A stretch of 64,000 nt of DNA from Pavona decussata (lineage: Eukaryota), in the NCBI GenBank assembly GCA_977016875.1, contig CDRNST010000058.1, positions 3,100,001-3,164,000 on the forward strand, in the 5' to 3' direction. The notes under the pieces are model-generated. The model was not told the DNA's origin and ran no database searches. It saw nothing but the letters and a program-made list of their open reading frames with translations. Positions 63,142 to 64,000 of the stretch are shown here, piece after piece (the stretch's first letter is position 1; every line of letters begins with the position of its first letter). A program made the translations under genes and the position numbers.

Positions 63142-64000
63142 AATGGATAAACAACGTGCTGGAGCGATTTCATAGGAAATGAACCGAATATGAACAGAAG
63201 TAAAGGTAGACCTATGGGACAACAATTTCATTCTCCATGCTCCACGCGTACGCGCGGTCTTCGTAGCGTCAGTGAGTGTTTCTCTCCATGTAAAAGCACC
63301 AGTGTGAAATAGCTATGAGAGTACCTGGCAGTAACAAAAACTTCCTAATGAAAGTCAAGACACAAACCTTGAGTCGGAGTACAAGCAATTCAGGCCAATC
63401 TTCCGCAGCTTTCTCCGTCGATATTTGACACATTTGCATTGGTGCATCGCGCGCGCAAGAGCCAGCACAGATTGAAGCGCGAGGGCTCTGGAAACGAGAA
63501 TGAACACAGGTTAACCAAGAAGGCGCAAAACGGTGCAGTAACCACCCGAGTCCCTGACGCATAAGAATACACCAGATATGAGTCACTTTTGTTCATTTTA
63601 TTGAATGACAGTTAAAATTTAGCGTTATTTAAAGTTCAGATATCGGCAGTATTTTATTCCCCATACCAACCGCTACCTGTAACCCAATACCACAAGTCAT
63701 CGAACCACCACACTCTTGTGACAGAAGCTTGGGCTACCTGTGAAGTGAAAAGCACTAGCACATGCAAGCGAAACAAAAATATAGCATGATAACCTGCTAG
63801 TAGGACATAAGTTAAATCAACAAAACCAGAAATGACAGTATCTAAGTTAAATTACTAAAACCTGTTGGAGTGGAAACAAGAAGTACATAATCAGTTTTGA
63901 GACCATGTTTTACCCCACACCCAGGCTCCAACGTATATTAAAATGGCTGTAAAGTGTGGTGCAACAAATTACCCACTAATATATTTAATTAATCAGGTCC

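Overview
AT-rich eukaryotic DNA with GT-AG introns, microsatellites and poly(A) signals. The repeat repertoire suggests a marine invertebrate, probably a cnidarian such as a stony coral (inference). The window is almost entirely a nested transposon graveyard. It holds three Kolobok/Mutator-like DDD/E transposase pseudogenes, another Kolobok 3' half, piggyBac, Academ-type transposase and RecQ-helicase fragments, Sola2, three hAT lineages, BEL/Pao pieces, LINE fragments, a Helentron-like 5' end with a 2A-like peptide, a Pif1-like helicase module, and many MITEs. No intact host gene is evident. The standout is a structurally complete 4.6-kb hAT element (26177-30763; 12-bp TIRs, 5-bp AAGAG TSD, hAT5-like). 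Its three small leader exons encode a PIP-box-like motif and an NLS. They can splice in the same phase either to an F-box/LRR terminal exon with its own AATAAA or to the transposase exon. The element therefore appears to encode its own SCF ubiquitin-ligase adaptor as an alternative isoform of the transposase gene. All assignments come from manual motif reading; no searches were run.
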